Position numbers and translations under genes: made by a program
Notes under the pieces: model-generated
Told to the model about the DNA's origin: nothing
The model's database searches: none
What the model saw: the letters and a program-made list of their open reading frames with translations, nothing else
Shown here: positions 1 through 10,384 of the stretch, one piece after another
How the letters are laid out: each line of letters opens with the position of its first letter
How positions within the stretch are numbered: the first letter of the stretch is position 1
Source of the DNA: Ignavibacteriales bacterium
GTDB lineage: Bacteria; Bacteroidota; Ignavibacteria; UBA10030; UBA6906
Direction: 5' to 3'
DNA length: 64,000 nucleotides
Assembly: GCA_037441705.1 (NCBI GenBank)
Contig: JBBIRR010000014.1
Location: 13,229 to 77,228, forward strand

Positions 1-2124
1 ATCGCCAAGATTATCCAGATCCTCAAACTGCCAAACGGCTTGATGAAGATTCTGGTGGATGGAGTTGTGCAGGCGTCCGTCAAGCGGTTCATCCCCAACG
101 GAAAATTCCTGGAGGCTGAGCTGGAGATCCATTTCGCACACGTGACGATGGACTCCGAGCTGGATGCCCTCCTGCGGCACACCTCGAGCCTCTTTGCCGA
201 ATACGTGCACCTGAACCGCAACGTGCCGAGCGAAGTGATGCTTGCCTTCGAAAACACGAAGGATGTTCAGCGGAAAGTCTTCTATATCGCATCGAATATC
301 CTGCAAACCGTCGACATCAAACAAAAAATCCTTGAGCTTACCAACACGCGCGATCAGCTGCACGAGCTCATCCGCATCCTGAACTCTGAAAACGATGTGT
401 TGAAGATCGAGAAAGAGATCGACTCGAAGGTGCATGATAACATCGCGAAGTCGCAGCGGAAGTATTTCATCCAGGAACAGATCCGCATCCTGCAGGACGA
501 GCTGGGCGAAGAAGAATCATCGCCGGAGCTTCTCAAACTGCGCGAGGATATCCGGAAGGCAAAGATGCCGAAGGCCGTAGAAGAGAAAGCGATGGAGGAG
601 TACAACAAACTCCGGAAGACGCCTCCGCTCTCTCCCGAATCGACCGTGATCCGCAGCTACATTGATTGGTTGATCAGCGTGCCGTGGTACAAGCGCACGA
701 AGGACAACTTGAATGTGGAACACGTTCGGGCCATTCTCGATGAAGATCATTTCGGGCTGGAGAAGCCGAAGGAGAGAATCCTCGAACACATTGCGGTGCT
801 GAACCTTGTTCGCGAGATGAAGGGGCAAATCCTCTGCTTCGTCGGCCCGCCCGGGGTGGGGAAGACGTCGCTGGCCAAATCCATTGCACGAGCATTGGGA
901 CGCAAGCTCGTGCGCATTTCGTTAGGGGGCGTGCGAGATGAGGCGGAGATTCGCGGCCACCGCCGCACGTACATCGGCTCGATGCCCGGAAAAATCATCC
1001 AGTCCATGAAGCGCGCCGGCGTCATCAATCCGGTGATGCTGTTAGATGAGGTGGATAAGATGAGCATGGACTTCCGCGGCGATCCGTCGTCGGCCTTGCT
1101 GGAGGTGCTCGACCCGGAGCAGAACTGCACGTTCAACGATCATTATCTCGACGTGGATTACGATCTTTCTCACGTCATGTTCATTACCACGGCCAACGTG
1201 CGCTACCAGATTCCGCTGCCGCTGCAGGATCGGATGGAGATCATCGAGCTTTCCGGCTACCTCCAGCACGACAAACGAGAAATCGCCAAGCGGCATATCA
1301 TCCCGAAGCAACTGCAGGAGCACGGGCTTGCCAAGAGCGGCATCACCATTACCGATCCGGCCATCGACAAGATCATTACGGAATACACCCGCGAAGCCGG
1401 CGTGCGCAACCTCGAGCGGGAGCTTGCCTCGGTCTGTCGCAAGATCGCCAAGGATATTGTCAGCGGCAATCAGAAAAACGGAAAGAAGGACCGCTCGGGC
1501 AGTCAATTCATCGTGACCCCCGAGAAAGTCGAAGAGTACCTCGGCGTTCCGAAGTTCCGCAACCGTCTGCGTGCCGATACCAATCGGGTCGGCTCAGCCA
1601 CGGGCCTCGCGTGGACAAACGTCGGCGGCGACATCCTGCATGTGGACGTCACCGTCATGAGCGGCAAAGAGAAGCTGACGCTGACGGGCCAGCTCGGCGA
1701 TGTGATGAAAGAATCGGCTCAGGCGGCGTTGAGTTATCTGCGCTCGAACGCGAAAGAACTCGGTCTCGATCCGGACTTTTACAAGGACCGGGAGCTGCAT
1801 GTGCATCTGCCCGAAGGCGCGATACCGAAGGACGGACCCTCGGCCGGCATTACCATGGTGATGGCGATGTACTCCGCCATCAGCGGAAAGCCCGCCCGCG
1901 CCGACGTTGCAATGACGGGCGAGATTACCCTGCGCGGCGAAGTGCTTGCCATCGGCGGCCTGAACGAAAAGCTCATCGCCGCGCAACGCAGCGGCATCAC
2001 GACGGTGCTCATCCCGCAGGAGAACGTCAAGGACCTCAGCGAGATCCCCCAGCGCGTGAAAGAGGGCTTGACGATTATTCCGATCAGCAAGATTGAGGAA
2101 GCGTTGCAGCATGTGTTCGCGTGA
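1..2124 (+). CDS. lon: ATP-dependent Lon protease (5'-truncated by window edge)
   Basis: Walker A GPPGVGKT, RRTYIGSMPG, LLDEVDK Walker B, catalytic PKDGPSAG and GGLNEK; frame open to position 1. Confidence 0.97.
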   Translation: MAKIIQILKLPNGLMKILVDGVVQASVKRFIPNGKFLEAELEIHFAHVTMDSELDALLRHTSSLFAEYVHLNRNVPSEVMLAFENTKDVQRKVFYIASNILQTVDIKQKILELTNTRDQLHELIRILNSENDVLKIEKEIDSKVHDNIAKSQRKYFIQEQIRILQDELGEEESSPELLKLREDIRKAKMPKAVEEKAMEEYNKLRKTPPLSPESTVIRSYIDWLISVPWYKRTKDNLNVEHVRAILDEDHFGLEKPKERILEHIAVLNLVREMKGQILCFVGPPGVGKTSLAKSIARALGRKLVRISLGGVRDEAEIRGHRRTYIGSMPGKIIQSMKRAGVINPVMLLDEVDKMSMDFRGDPSSALLEVLDPEQNCTFNDHYLDVDYDLSHVMFITTANVRYQIPLPLQDRMEIIELSGYLQHDKREIAKRHIIPKQLQEHGLAKSGITITDPAIDKIITEYTREAGVRNLERELASVCRKIAKDIVSGNQKNGKKDRSGSQFIVTPEKVEEYLGVPKFRNRLRADTNRVGSATGLAWTNVGGDILHVDVTVMSGKEKLTLTGQLGDVMKESAQAALSYLRSNAKELGLDPDFYKDRELHVHLPEGAIPKDGPSAGITMVMAMYSAISGKPARADVAMTGEITLRGEVLAIGGLNEKLIAAQRSGITTVLIPQENVKDLSEIPQRVKEGLTIIPISKIEEALQHVFA

Positions 2125-2169
2125 TGCGGCAGTCAGGGATTTCAGAGATCGTATTCGTTTGCATGAATC

Positions 2170-3825
2170 ATGAGTGATTACATCGTTACTGCCCGCAAGT
2201 GGCGGCCCATGAAGTTCGACGATGTCGCCGCGCAGACGCACGTCACCCACACGCTGAAGAACGCGATCAAACAGAACCGGCTGGCGCACGCGTATCTGTT
2301 TGCCGGGCCGCGCGGCGTGGGGAAAACCACTACGGCGCGCCTGCTTGCCAAGCTCGTGAACTGCCAGAATCCCACGACAGACATCGAACCGGACAACACG
2401 TGCGAGATGTGCGTCGAAATTACGGAAGGACGCAGCTTCGACGTGCTGGAGATTGACGGCGCCTCCAATCGCGGCGTGGACGAGATTCGCAACCTCCGCG
2501 ATGCCGTGCGCTACGGACCCGCGAAGGGCAAGTACAAAGTGTACATCATTGACGAAGTGCATATGTTGACCAAGGAGGCGTTCAACGCGCTGCTGAAGAC
2601 ACTCGAAGAGCCTCCGCATCACGTGCTGTTCATCTTCGCCACCACGGAAGTGCACAAGCTTCCGGCCACGATCATTTCCCGCTGCCAGCGGTTCGATTTC
2701 CGGCGCATCACCGTCGAAGAGATCATGACGAACCTGCGCACGATTGCGCAGAAAGAATCCATCGCCATCGAGGAGGAGGCCCTCCTGCTGATTGCCAAGA
2801 AGGGCGATGGCTCAATGCGCGACGCGCAAAGCATCTTCGACCAGATTGTTGCGCTGTGCGGCAAGACCGTCACCAAGAACCAGATCCTGCACGCACTGAA
2901 TATTGTGGATCAGGACTTCTACTTTCGCGTGACCGATCTTATCCAGGCACAGGATGCAAAGGGCGGACTTGAGCTGGTGCAGGAGATCATGGAACGTGGG
3001 TACGACATTAAAGACTTCCTCTCGGGCCTGACCGAACATCTGCGGAACATTCTCACCGCGGCGACCACGGGCTCCACTGCGTTGATCGAGGAATCGGACA
3101 TCTACAAAAACAAATATGCCGAGACGGCAAAGCGCTTCAGCGTAGCCGACGTGCTGCGCCTGCTGCGATTTGTGAACACGACCGAGGCGGCAATCCGGTG
3201 GAGCAGCCAGCCGCGCTTCAAGCTCGAGACCGACATCGTGCAGATGATTACGATGCCTCGCGCCGCCGACGTGGGTGATGTTCTTCAGCAAATAGAGGAG
3301 TTGAAAAAAAAACTTTCGGCAGGTAGCACGTTAGCCGACGTGCCGCAGCAGCGCATTCCTGCGCGGGCGGAGCCGTCGTCACCCCGAGCGACACCGCGAC
3401 CTGTTTTCTCTCGCCCGAACACGTTAGCACAACCTCCTTCGCCCGAAACGCTTCACACGGCATCGGCGGCACTTTCGGAAGGCGAGGTCCGTTCGCGCTG
3501 GTCCGAGCTGATTGGCGAGATACGTCGTGAACGCATCGCGCTGGGAACAATTCTCGAGACAGCGGTGCTGCAGGGCGTGCGCGGTTCGGCAATTCAAATC
3601 TCCGTGCCGGATGAATTCAGCTCCTCCGCCATCGGGCGGAACAAGGAATTGATCAACACCACCATTCAAAAGGTGTTCAACGCGCGTGGAAGACTGGAGG
3701 TGCACGTCAACCCTGACGCGGCACCCTCTATTTCTCTTGATACCGACGCTGCCATATCACCCCCGCACGAGGAGCATCCGATTGTCAAGACGATCATGCG
3801 GGAGTTGGGAGCGGAACCGCTGTGA
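2170..3825 (+). CDS. dnaX: DNA polymerase III subunit gamma/tau
   Basis: ARKWRP, GPRGVGKTT, EIDGASNRGVDEIR, IIDEVHML, SRCQRFDF; Pro-rich linker and C-terminal domain. Confidence 0.97.
   Translation: MSDYIVTARKWRPMKFDDVAAQTHVTHTLKNAIKQNRLAHAYLFAGPRGVGKTTTARLLAKLVNCQNPTTDIEPDNTCEMCVEITEGRSFDVLEIDGASNRGVDEIRNLRDAVRYGPAKGKYKVYIIDEVHMLTKEAFNALLKTLEEPPHHVLFIFATTEVHKLPATIISRCQRFDFRRITVEEIMTNLRTIAQKESIAIEEEALLLIAKKGDGSMRDAQSIFDQIVALCGKTVTKNQILHALNIVDQDFYFRVTDLIQAQDAKGGLELVQEIMERGYDIKDFLSGLTEHLRNILTAATTGSTALIEESDIYKNKYAETAKRFSVADVLRLLRFVNTTEAAIRWSSQPRFKLETDIVQMITMPRAADVGDVLQQIEELKKKLSAGSTLADVPQQRIPARAEPSSPRATPRPVFSRPNTLAQPPSPETLHTASAALSEGEVRSRWSELIGEIRRERIALGTILETAVLQGVRGSAIQISVPDEFSSSAIGRNKELINTTIQKVFNARGRLEVHVNPDAAPSISLDTDAAISPPHEEHPIVKTIMRELGAEPL
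3304..3312 (+). other. A9 slippery run in dnaX (candidate slippage/frameshift site)
   Basis: TTG AAA AAA AAA CTT; TAG at 3324-3326 (-1 frame) and 3332-3334 (+1 frame). Confidence 0.75.
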
Positions 3826-4011
3826 GAGCTTTTCACCTGCGGCAAGCGCGTGGGGGCGTCTGTCTCCGCCGAAGGGGTTTGTGTGATGTGAAGCCTTGAC
3901 TTTGACACTTCATTTGTCCAATTTTGAGCCCAGACTTATTTATGTGGAGAAGGCCCCCGCCAAAATGCTACACTCTAACTCAAGCCGATAATCTTTAACG
4001 AGAGGTGTGCT

Positions 4012-5049
4012 ATGAAGAACCGTTGGTCTGCTGTCGTGGTGATGATGCTTGCCTTGAGCATTCCGGTGATGGCGGGAGGCATTGCAAAATACGCGGGAGA
4101 GTTCATCTCGCTCGGTGTCGGCGGCAGAGCGCTCGGCATGGGCGGAGCGTTCGTGGCATTGGCAAACGATGTCACGGCCGGATACTGGAACCCCGCCGGC
4201 CTCTCCCACATCAACTATCCGCAGTTGGCTTTGATGCATGATGAGCGCTACGGCAGTTTAGTCAACTATGACTATGGTGCGGTCGCGCTCCCCGTCGGGC
4301 CGACGACAAGCTGGGGCTTGAGTGTCATCCGTCTCGGCGTGGATGATATTCCCGATACACGCAAAGCCGGCATCGACGCCAACGGCAACTACACCGAGGA
4401 CCCCACTCAGTTCACCCGGATCGATCCGAGTCGCGTCACCTACTTCAATGCTGCCGATTGGGCGTTCTACCTGACCTACTCGAAGAAGCAATCGGAGGAT
4501 TTCTCGTACGGAGCGAACCTCAAAATCATTCGTCGCGAACTTGGCGACGCCTCCGCAACCGGCATCGGCCTCGATATCGGCGTGTGGTACAGCATCACCG
4601 ACAAGATTGTTCTCGGCGCAAACTTGCAGGACGTGACGACGACCTTCCTCGCCTGGAATACAGGAACGAACGAACTGATCTCTCCCACGGTGAAGATCGG
4701 CTCGGCGTACTTCATTGAAGCGCTCGGCGGACGGTTTGCGCCGGCTGTGGACTTCGACATCCGCTTTGAGAATAGGAAGTCTGCCTCCACGTTTGCGCTT
4801 GGCCCGGTCAGCTTCGATGCGCATGTCGGTACGGAGTTCCTGTTCAAGGACGCCATGGCCTTCCGCGTCGGCTACAACGATGTGAAGCAAGTGTCGTTCG
4901 GGGCCGGGCTTCGTTTGCCGAAGCTGAACATTGATTACTCCTTTGCGCGTTTCGCACAAGCAGCAGGCGAGCGCCTCGATGATACGCATCGCATCTCTCT
5001 CATGTTCACGCTCGAGGCGGAACAGTTCCGCAGGGTCGAAGGCTACTGA
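4012..5049 (+). CDS. PorV/PorQ-like (FadL superfamily) outer-membrane beta-barrel protein
   Basis: Signal peptide; GVGGRALGMGGAFVALANDVTAGYWNPAGL motif; alternating beta-strands; THRISLMF near C-terminus. Confidence 0.85.
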   Translation: MKNRWSAVVVMMLALSIPVMAGGIAKYAGEFISLGVGGRALGMGGAFVALANDVTAGYWNPAGLSHINYPQLALMHDERYGSLVNYDYGAVALPVGPTTSWGLSVIRLGVDDIPDTRKAGIDANGNYTEDPTQFTRIDPSRVTYFNAADWAFYLTYSKKQSEDFSYGANLKIIRRELGDASATGIGLDIGVWYSITDKIVLGANLQDVTTTFLAWNTGTNELISPTVKIGSAYFIEALGGRFAPAVDFDIRFENRKSASTFALGPVSFDAHVGTEFLFKDAMAFRVGYNDVKQVSFGAGLRLPKLNIDYSFARFAQAAGERLDDTHRISLMFTLEAEQFRRVEGY

Positions 5050-5068
5050 GGTCAGCTTGTCGTTATTC

Positions 5069-5108
5069 AAGCCCCACCCTTCGTGATGGACAGCGGAGGA
5101 TGGGGCTT
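5069..5108. terminator. Hairpin between convergent genes
   Basis: AAGCCCCA...TGGGGCTT inverted repeat followed by T-rich sequence. Confidence 0.55.
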
Positions 5109-5118
5109 TCGCTTTTAT

Positions 5119-5598
5119 TCACTTCCACGCGCCGAGCATCCGACGCACGAGCACAAGCTGACCGAGATGATAGGCGTTGTGGTCGGCTACCAGAAGGGCC
5201 TCACGTAAAAGTGTCTGTCCGGTGCCGTGCGGAATGCGCGCGTAGAGATCGTTCGCCGGATCGGCTACAAGATCAACCATCGCCTGCAAGTCGCGGCGGA
5301 ACTGCTGCACGCTTCGCTCCCACGCGTCGCTCTGCGGAGGCGATGCGGCATGCGGCCAGTAGCCTGCCGGCCACTCCGGCGAGACGTGCTTCGCGTCCCG
5401 GCTGAACTCCAGGATGTCCCACTGTGAAATGCGGAGATGTTCGAGCAACTGCCAGGCGGTGTAGGGGATGCCCTCCAACTTCGTTCCTGCAAGATGCATT
5501 GGAAAATCCCGAACCGCAGACTCGAAACTCACGTGCGCATGCTCTCCTCGCAGAAGTTCCTGCACATGATGCCGCAATGCCTCGTCGTTTGACGACAT
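5119..5598 (-). CDS. DinB-family (DinB_2) protein
   Basis: Metal-binding His pattern LLEHLR ... [11 protein letters not shown]. Confidence 0.85.
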   Translation of the reverse strand: MSSNDEALRHHVQELLRGEHAHVSFESAVRDFPMHLAGTKLEGIPYTAWQLLEHLRISQWDILEFSRDAKHVSPEWPAGYWPHAASPPQSDAWERSVQQFRRDLQAMVDLVADPANDLYARIPHGTGQTLLREALLVADHNAYHLGQLVLVRRMLGAWK

Positions 5599-5643
5599 GA
5601 TCTCCTCCGGCTTGTTGTGAAAGAATGCTACCGAAACGCAGGC

Positions 5644-5672
5644 AATATACCGAGCTGGAACGGCGGAAACAA
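5644..5672 (-). promoter_or_regulatory. Sigma70-type promoter of the DinB-family gene
   Basis: Minus strand TTGTTT-N17-TATATT. Confidence 0.6.
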
Positions 5673-5744
5673 TCCGAAACGCGGCGGGTGTGGTACATTC
5701 TGTGAATGCAGCTTCTCCCCTGACGCGTCACACTCCACCTTGAT

Positions 5745-7943
5745 TTACTTGGTCGTCAGCTCGACGACGCCATTCCATTCGGGTGGAGGAGGGGTGAGCT
5801 TGAATTGCTTCGATCGCTCCAGATGAAGTTGTGTTGGATAGTCGTGCGGGCGGAGCTGCAGTGCCTCGCTGAATTTCGGAATCGCCTCATCCCACTGTCG
5901 GTTGCGATAGAAGCAAAGGCCTTCCGCGTAGAGCTGAAGGAACCGCTCGAGCGCGGGATCGGATGAACCGTCCCTGCGCTGCATCAGCTCGAACGTCCGC
6001 AGCGGTTCCGAGCGGCCCTTGACGGCAATCAAATCCAACTCTCTCCCCACAATCTGGTGTTTCACGCGATCATACGTTGCCTCGCTCACCATGATGCCGG
6101 TGTGATACACCTTGTTGGCTCCTTCAAGCCGCGACGCGATGTTGACGCCGTCGCCGATGACTGTGTAGTCGAACTTTCCGGTGCCTCCCATGTTTCCCAC
6201 CACAACTTCACCGGTGTTGATGCCGATGCGCACATGCAGCATGGGTTTACCCTCCTCGCGCCACTGCTGCCTGATTGCTGCCAGTTTCTGCTGCATGTCC
6301 AGCGCAGTGCAGCAGGCCCGCAGTGCATGGTCCTCCTGCGGCAGCGGGGCATTCCAAAACGCCACGATGGCATCGCCGAAAAACTTGTCCAGTGTGCCGT
6401 CATGCTCGAGAATGATCGCTGTCATCTCACTGAAGTATTGGTTCAGCAGGTTGACAAGGTCTTCGGACGGTAGTCGTTCAGAGATCGTTGTAAAGCCTTC
6501 GATGTCGGCAAACATGACGGTGAGTTCTTTTCGTTCGCCGCCGAGCTTGAGTTTCTCGGGGTGCTGAATCAACTCCTCCACGACCGTCGGATTGACGTAC
6601 GTGCTGAACATGGACTTGATCATCAGGCGCTGCTTGCGCTCGGTGACGTAATGGTAAGCCGTGCTTGCCACGTACGCGATCACGACTCCCACCATCGGTC
6701 CGACGGCCGCTATCACAATGTTGTATTTGGTAAAGAGAAACACCGCAAGGACACCAACAGCGATCACCTCCACGGCAACGATCAGAAATCCCACCAGCTC
6801 CAGCACGAAATGCCGAAGTCCCCTGCTGCTTCGCAGGGCCGACGTCCCATAAAAGGTCAGGAAGGAAGAGAAAACAATCACGAGAAAGTCAACCGGTACG
6901 GGCAGCCGTCGGAGAAATTCGCCGCGGAGAACGCTCTCGATGACGTTGGCGTGAATCTCGACGCCGAACATGAGATTCTCGCTGTGCAGCGACGGCTGCG
7001 CGAGTGCAACCGGAAACAGGTCATGATCCTCAGGCATCGTGGAGCCGACCAGTACAATCTTGTCCTTGAATGTCCCGTCGTACTTGTAGCCGAAATCGGG
7101 ATCGCTGAACGTGTTGATCTCGTGACCTGTAGCCGCCTCTTCCGTGGTCGTAACGGTTTCGTCGTCCAGCACATCCACAAACTCGATGCGACGGAATGTG
7201 CCGCTGGGGCCGTACAGGTTGATCAGAAACGAGGAAGGGTCATACTTCGGGATGCGCCGGCCGGCGAAGAGAAACGCATCGGCCTGATTCTCCGCGGTGG
7301 TCATAGGAGGAAGGCGGAGGAACTTGTTGAGCACGGCAAAGCTGAATGTTGGAACACGTGTCGTGTCTCGCGTACCATCAGCTGCGGCATAGCCCGTTTC
7401 GCCGTAGGGACTGTAACGCCTGTAGACGCCGTCGGCATCGTTGCGGATATTGACGAGCCCGAGCGCGCTGTCGATGTCGAAAAACCGGTTGCCGTAGGTT
7501 TCCTTTCCCCGCCTGATTTCGAACGCGTGTTGCTGCGTGTCCATCTTGCCCGCCAGTACAACAATGCCCGTCTCGCGAATAGCATCGCGGAGGGCATCAT
7601 CGTTTGCCGCGTCATGAGCATCGGGGCCGGTGAGAATGATATCAATACCCACCGCTTTCGCACCCGCGGTCTTGAGATTGCGAACGAGATGGGCGTAGTA
7701 CGAGCGGGGCCAGGGCCAGCGCGCGGAAAGAGACTTGAATGATTCGCCCGAGACTTCGACAATGACGACATGACTCGAGTCGGGAATGGCGGGATGTTTG
7801 CCTCGCTCGCGAAAGCGGTAATCCAGCGAGGCAAGCTCCAGTCGCCCCACTATCCCCAGCTGCAGCACCTCTTCATGCGCCACCACAATCGTGACAAGAG
7901 CTGCCGCAAGGGCAACAAGGAATTTGCGCACGCGCGGATTCAT
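5745..7943 (-). CDS. CHASE2-domain class III adenylate cyclase with C-terminal TPR-like segment
   Basis: WPWPRSYYA, DADGVYRR, GVEIHANVI (CHASE2); three TM helices; FADIEGFT, DKFFGDAI, YTVIGDGVNIASRLEG. Confidence 0.93.
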   Translation of the reverse strand: MNPRVRKFLVALAAALVTIVVAHEEVLQLGIVGRLELASLDYRFRERGKHPAIPDSSHVVIVEVSGESFKSLSARWPWPRSYYAHLVRNLKTAGAKAVGIDIILTGPDAHDAANDDALRDAIRETGIVVLAGKMDTQQHAFEIRRGKETYGNRFFDIDSALGLVNIRNDADGVYRRYSPYGETGYAAADGTRDTTRVPTFSFAVLNKFLRLPPMTTAENQADAFLFAGRRIPKYDPSSFLINLYGPSGTFRRIEFVDVLDDETVTTTEEAATGHEINTFSDPDFGYKYDGTFKDKIVLVGSTMPEDHDLFPVALAQPSLHSENLMFGVEIHANVIESVLRGEFLRRLPVPVDFLVIVFSSFLTFYGTSALRSSRGLRHFVLELVGFLIVAVEVIAVGVLAVFLFTKYNIVIAAVGPMVGVVIAYVASTAYHYVTERKQRLMIKSMFSTYVNPTVVEELIQHPEKLKLGGERKELTVMFADIEGFTTISERLPSEDLVNLLNQYFSEMTAIILEHDGTLDKFFGDAIVAFWNAPLPQEDHALRACCTALDMQQKLAAIRQQWREEGKPMLHVRIGINTGEVVVGNMGGTGKFDYTVIGDGVNIASRLEGANKVYHTGIMVSEATYDRVKHQIVGRELDLIAVKGRSEPLRTFELMQRRDGSSDPALERFLQLYAEGLCFYRNRQWDEAIPKFSEALQLRPHDYPTQLHLERSKQFKLTPPPPEWNGVVELTTK

Positions 7944-10384
7944 CAGTACTCAAGTCGGTACTTCAAACTCCAGAAATCGTCGTTGGGCGTTCCTTTATTG
8001 TGGAAATAGCTGTACTGAAGCAGAAGGTACATGTTCGGCCGCACGTTCCATTGCGCCGCGTAGTCGAACGTGAACCGGGAAAAATCCCCGAAGGTGGGAC
8101 TGAAGGAAACCGACAGCGCGGCGATATCCTGCGCAAAACTGTATCTGCCGTACGCAAGTACGGTGGAGTAGTTCAGCCGTGTTCGCGGCGAACCTCCGGG
8201 CGAAGGGAATTCATTCACGTTCAATGTATAGCCCAGCGTCGTTTGGAGCGGAACAGCATAACGCGTATTGAGCGTGGCCGAGATGGCGATGTTCTTGACG
8301 TCAAGGTTGCGCCGGGTGAAGTCGTTACGGAACGACGTCGCCATCGTCACAGACGCGACATGGTGCGCGCCATAGGTAAAACGCTGCATCGCATGGAGAT
8401 AGTAGCGATTGGTCTTATCGTTCACCGCGCTGATGGAGTCGGGGCCTGTGATGGTCATGTTGTTGACATTGGCGAAATGCGCGTAGCCGACACTGATGCT
8501 GGGCAGTTCGGGCGGAGGATCGTAGGTGAGGGCAACATTGACCGTGGTGAATCGGGTCGTCGCCGCTTTGGCTTTGCTCGTGTTGTCGTGCAGCCGCTCG
8601 TAGCTGAGCGTGACGAACATGTTCTGTTCCGGCAATCGGAGGCGATCCATCAAGTTGAAGCCGGCCACATCGGTGCGCAGAAAGGTTTGTCCAAAGGACA
8701 TATAATCGCTGCCGCGATGAATGTAGCTTATCTTGAACGCATTATCGAAGTAGTTCAGCGCAAGCCCCACGTCGTACGCAAACGTCGAAAGCTTCTTGAA
8801 CGAAAGAGGCCGAAGATTGTCGTTGACCGTGATGAAGTTCTTGAGCAGGTCTCGCGCGTCTTTGATAGCAGCAGCATCTTTCTTGTACACGCTGTCGATG
8901 TACGCGTCGGTGAAGTTCCCGCTGGAGATATCGCTGTTGTACGCGCTGAACGCCGCCTGCGCGGACAGCTCGATGCGGTTCATGTCAAACTTCGAAACAA
9001 GATCCGTCCCCACCACGAGGTTCTCCTGCGGCCGCGTGCCGAACGTAATAGACCGGACATCATCCTTTGCCTTCAGCCAGGTGAAACCGATCTGATACTT
9101 CTCGCCTGAACCAAAGCTCGGTCGCACGATGAAGATGTCCCGTGCGTACGTGCCGTACGTGTATTTCCCCCACGTGACGGAATCAATGCGGGCGTAAGCC
9201 GCAAAAGGGTCCGCCTGCTGTTCGATACCAAGTTGGTCAACGGGAATGGTTTTCACCAGCGCTCCCTCCACCGCTCGCGTCGTCTGGCCCAGCGTAAGGT
9301 CCACGTTGAACTTACCCAACCGTACGGACGTGTTCAAGCCTCGCACCCGCTTGCCGCTGAGAATCAGATTCGGATAACCCGGATAGCTATCCCCGTACCC
9401 GATGAGCAGCCATTGTGATTCGAGCGACGCGTAATAGCGGTTCTGCGGTTGACGCGAGGGCAGCTCATCGGAGGTGACGAAGACGTTCGCATTGAAGCGC
9501 CAATCGCCCTGGCTGCCGCTGAACCGCGCGCTGCCGCGATTGTACCATGTTCGGATGTTGCTCACCTTCTCGTTACGCGATTCGAGATCGACGCTACCGG
9601 TGTAGACGAACGGCTGAAAGGGCAGGGCAAGCGGCTCGGGTTCGCCGGCGACATAGAACTGCATGCTCGCCTGGCGGTGGAGATTTCCCTGCCGGTTATA
9701 CAGCAGCACCGTCACGCGGTGCCTCCCGGGCTTCAAGGAAAGACCATGATTGCTCGGCACATAAACCAACAGGTCGCCGGTCAGGACGGCGTCGCGCGAC
9801 ACATCCCTGCCGTCAAGAATGATTTGCGTTGCCCGACGTACGACCATCGTGTCTGCACGCAGAAGCGAGACAGAAACAACAACATCGGCCGGGTCGTATG
9901 TCGCGTTCGCCTCCGGACTTAAGAACACAAGCTGCAGATCGTCCTCTCGTTTGATGACAGGGATCTGCAAGGTGCGCGTCGGCGGGCGTTCAAGGGGATC
10001 GGTGCTTTCGCTCAACGGATGCGACTCCAACCCACCCGATCGTTTAGCCAAGACCAAGTAGTATTCCAGATACGGCGGCTGGACAACACCAGGCGGCACG
10101 ACAATGAACGCTGTGTTGCCGCGCAGATCCATCTCCCGCCGGTTCCAGGTCCCTTCGCCAAAGCGGCGATACAGAAAGTACACACGCTCGACGGTTTCAC
10201 CGCGATACAAATCGACGCTGATCGTGAGCGGTGTTTCGCTGACAGCTTCGGTGGGGCTGATCGAAGCGACGAGGGATGAAAGCTGTGCAAGCGTTGGGAA
10301 CGGGAGTGCGAAGCAACATGCAAGAAGGAGGGCGCGGATGCCGGTCGAGACCCTGCCTCCGCGCTCGCAGACGGCAATACTCAT
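7943..10384 (-). CDS. Large outer-membrane beta-barrel protein with N-terminal Ig-like domains
   Basis: Signal peptide (TLA-Q); beta-rich N-domains; long amphipathic strand region; C-terminal beta-signal WSLKYRLEY; overlaps both neighbours. Confidence 0.7.
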   Translation of the reverse strand: MSIAVCERGGRVSTGIRALLLACCFALPFPTLAQLSSLVASISPTEAVSETPLTISVDLYRGETVERVYFLYRRFGEGTWNRREMDLRGNTAFIVVPPGVVQPPYLEYYLVLAKRSGGLESHPLSESTDPLERPPTRTLQIPVIKREDDLQLVFLSPEANATYDPADVVVSVSLLRADTMVVRRATQIILDGRDVSRDAVLTGDLLVYVPSNHGLSLKPGRHRVTVLLYNRQGNLHRQASMQFYVAGEPEPLALPFQPFVYTGSVDLESRNEKVSNIRTWYNRGSARFSGSQGDWRFNANVFVTSDELPSRQPQNRYYASLESQWLLIGYGDSYPGYPNLILSGKRVRGLNTSVRLGKFNVDLTLGQTTRAVEGALVKTIPVDQLGIEQQADPFAAYARIDSVTWGKYTYGTYARDIFIVRPSFGSGEKYQIGFTWLKAKDDVRSITFGTRPQENLVVGTDLVSKFDMNRIELSAQAAFSAYNSDISSGNFTDAYIDSVYKKDAAAIKDARDLLKNFITVNDNLRPLSFKKLSTFAYDVGLALNYFDNAFKISYIHRGSDYMSFGQTFLRTDVAGFNLMDRLRLPEQNMFVTLSYERLHDNTSKAKAATTRFTTVNVALTYDPPPELPSISVGYAHFANVNNMTITGPDSISAVNDKTNRYYLHAMQRFTYGAHHVASVTMATSFRNDFTRRNLDVKNIAISATLNTRYAVPLQTTLGYTLNVNEFPSPGGSPRTRLNYSTVLAYGRYSFAQDIAALSVSFSPTFGDFSRFTFDYAAQWNVRPNMYLLLQYSYFHNKGTPNDDFWSLKYRLEY

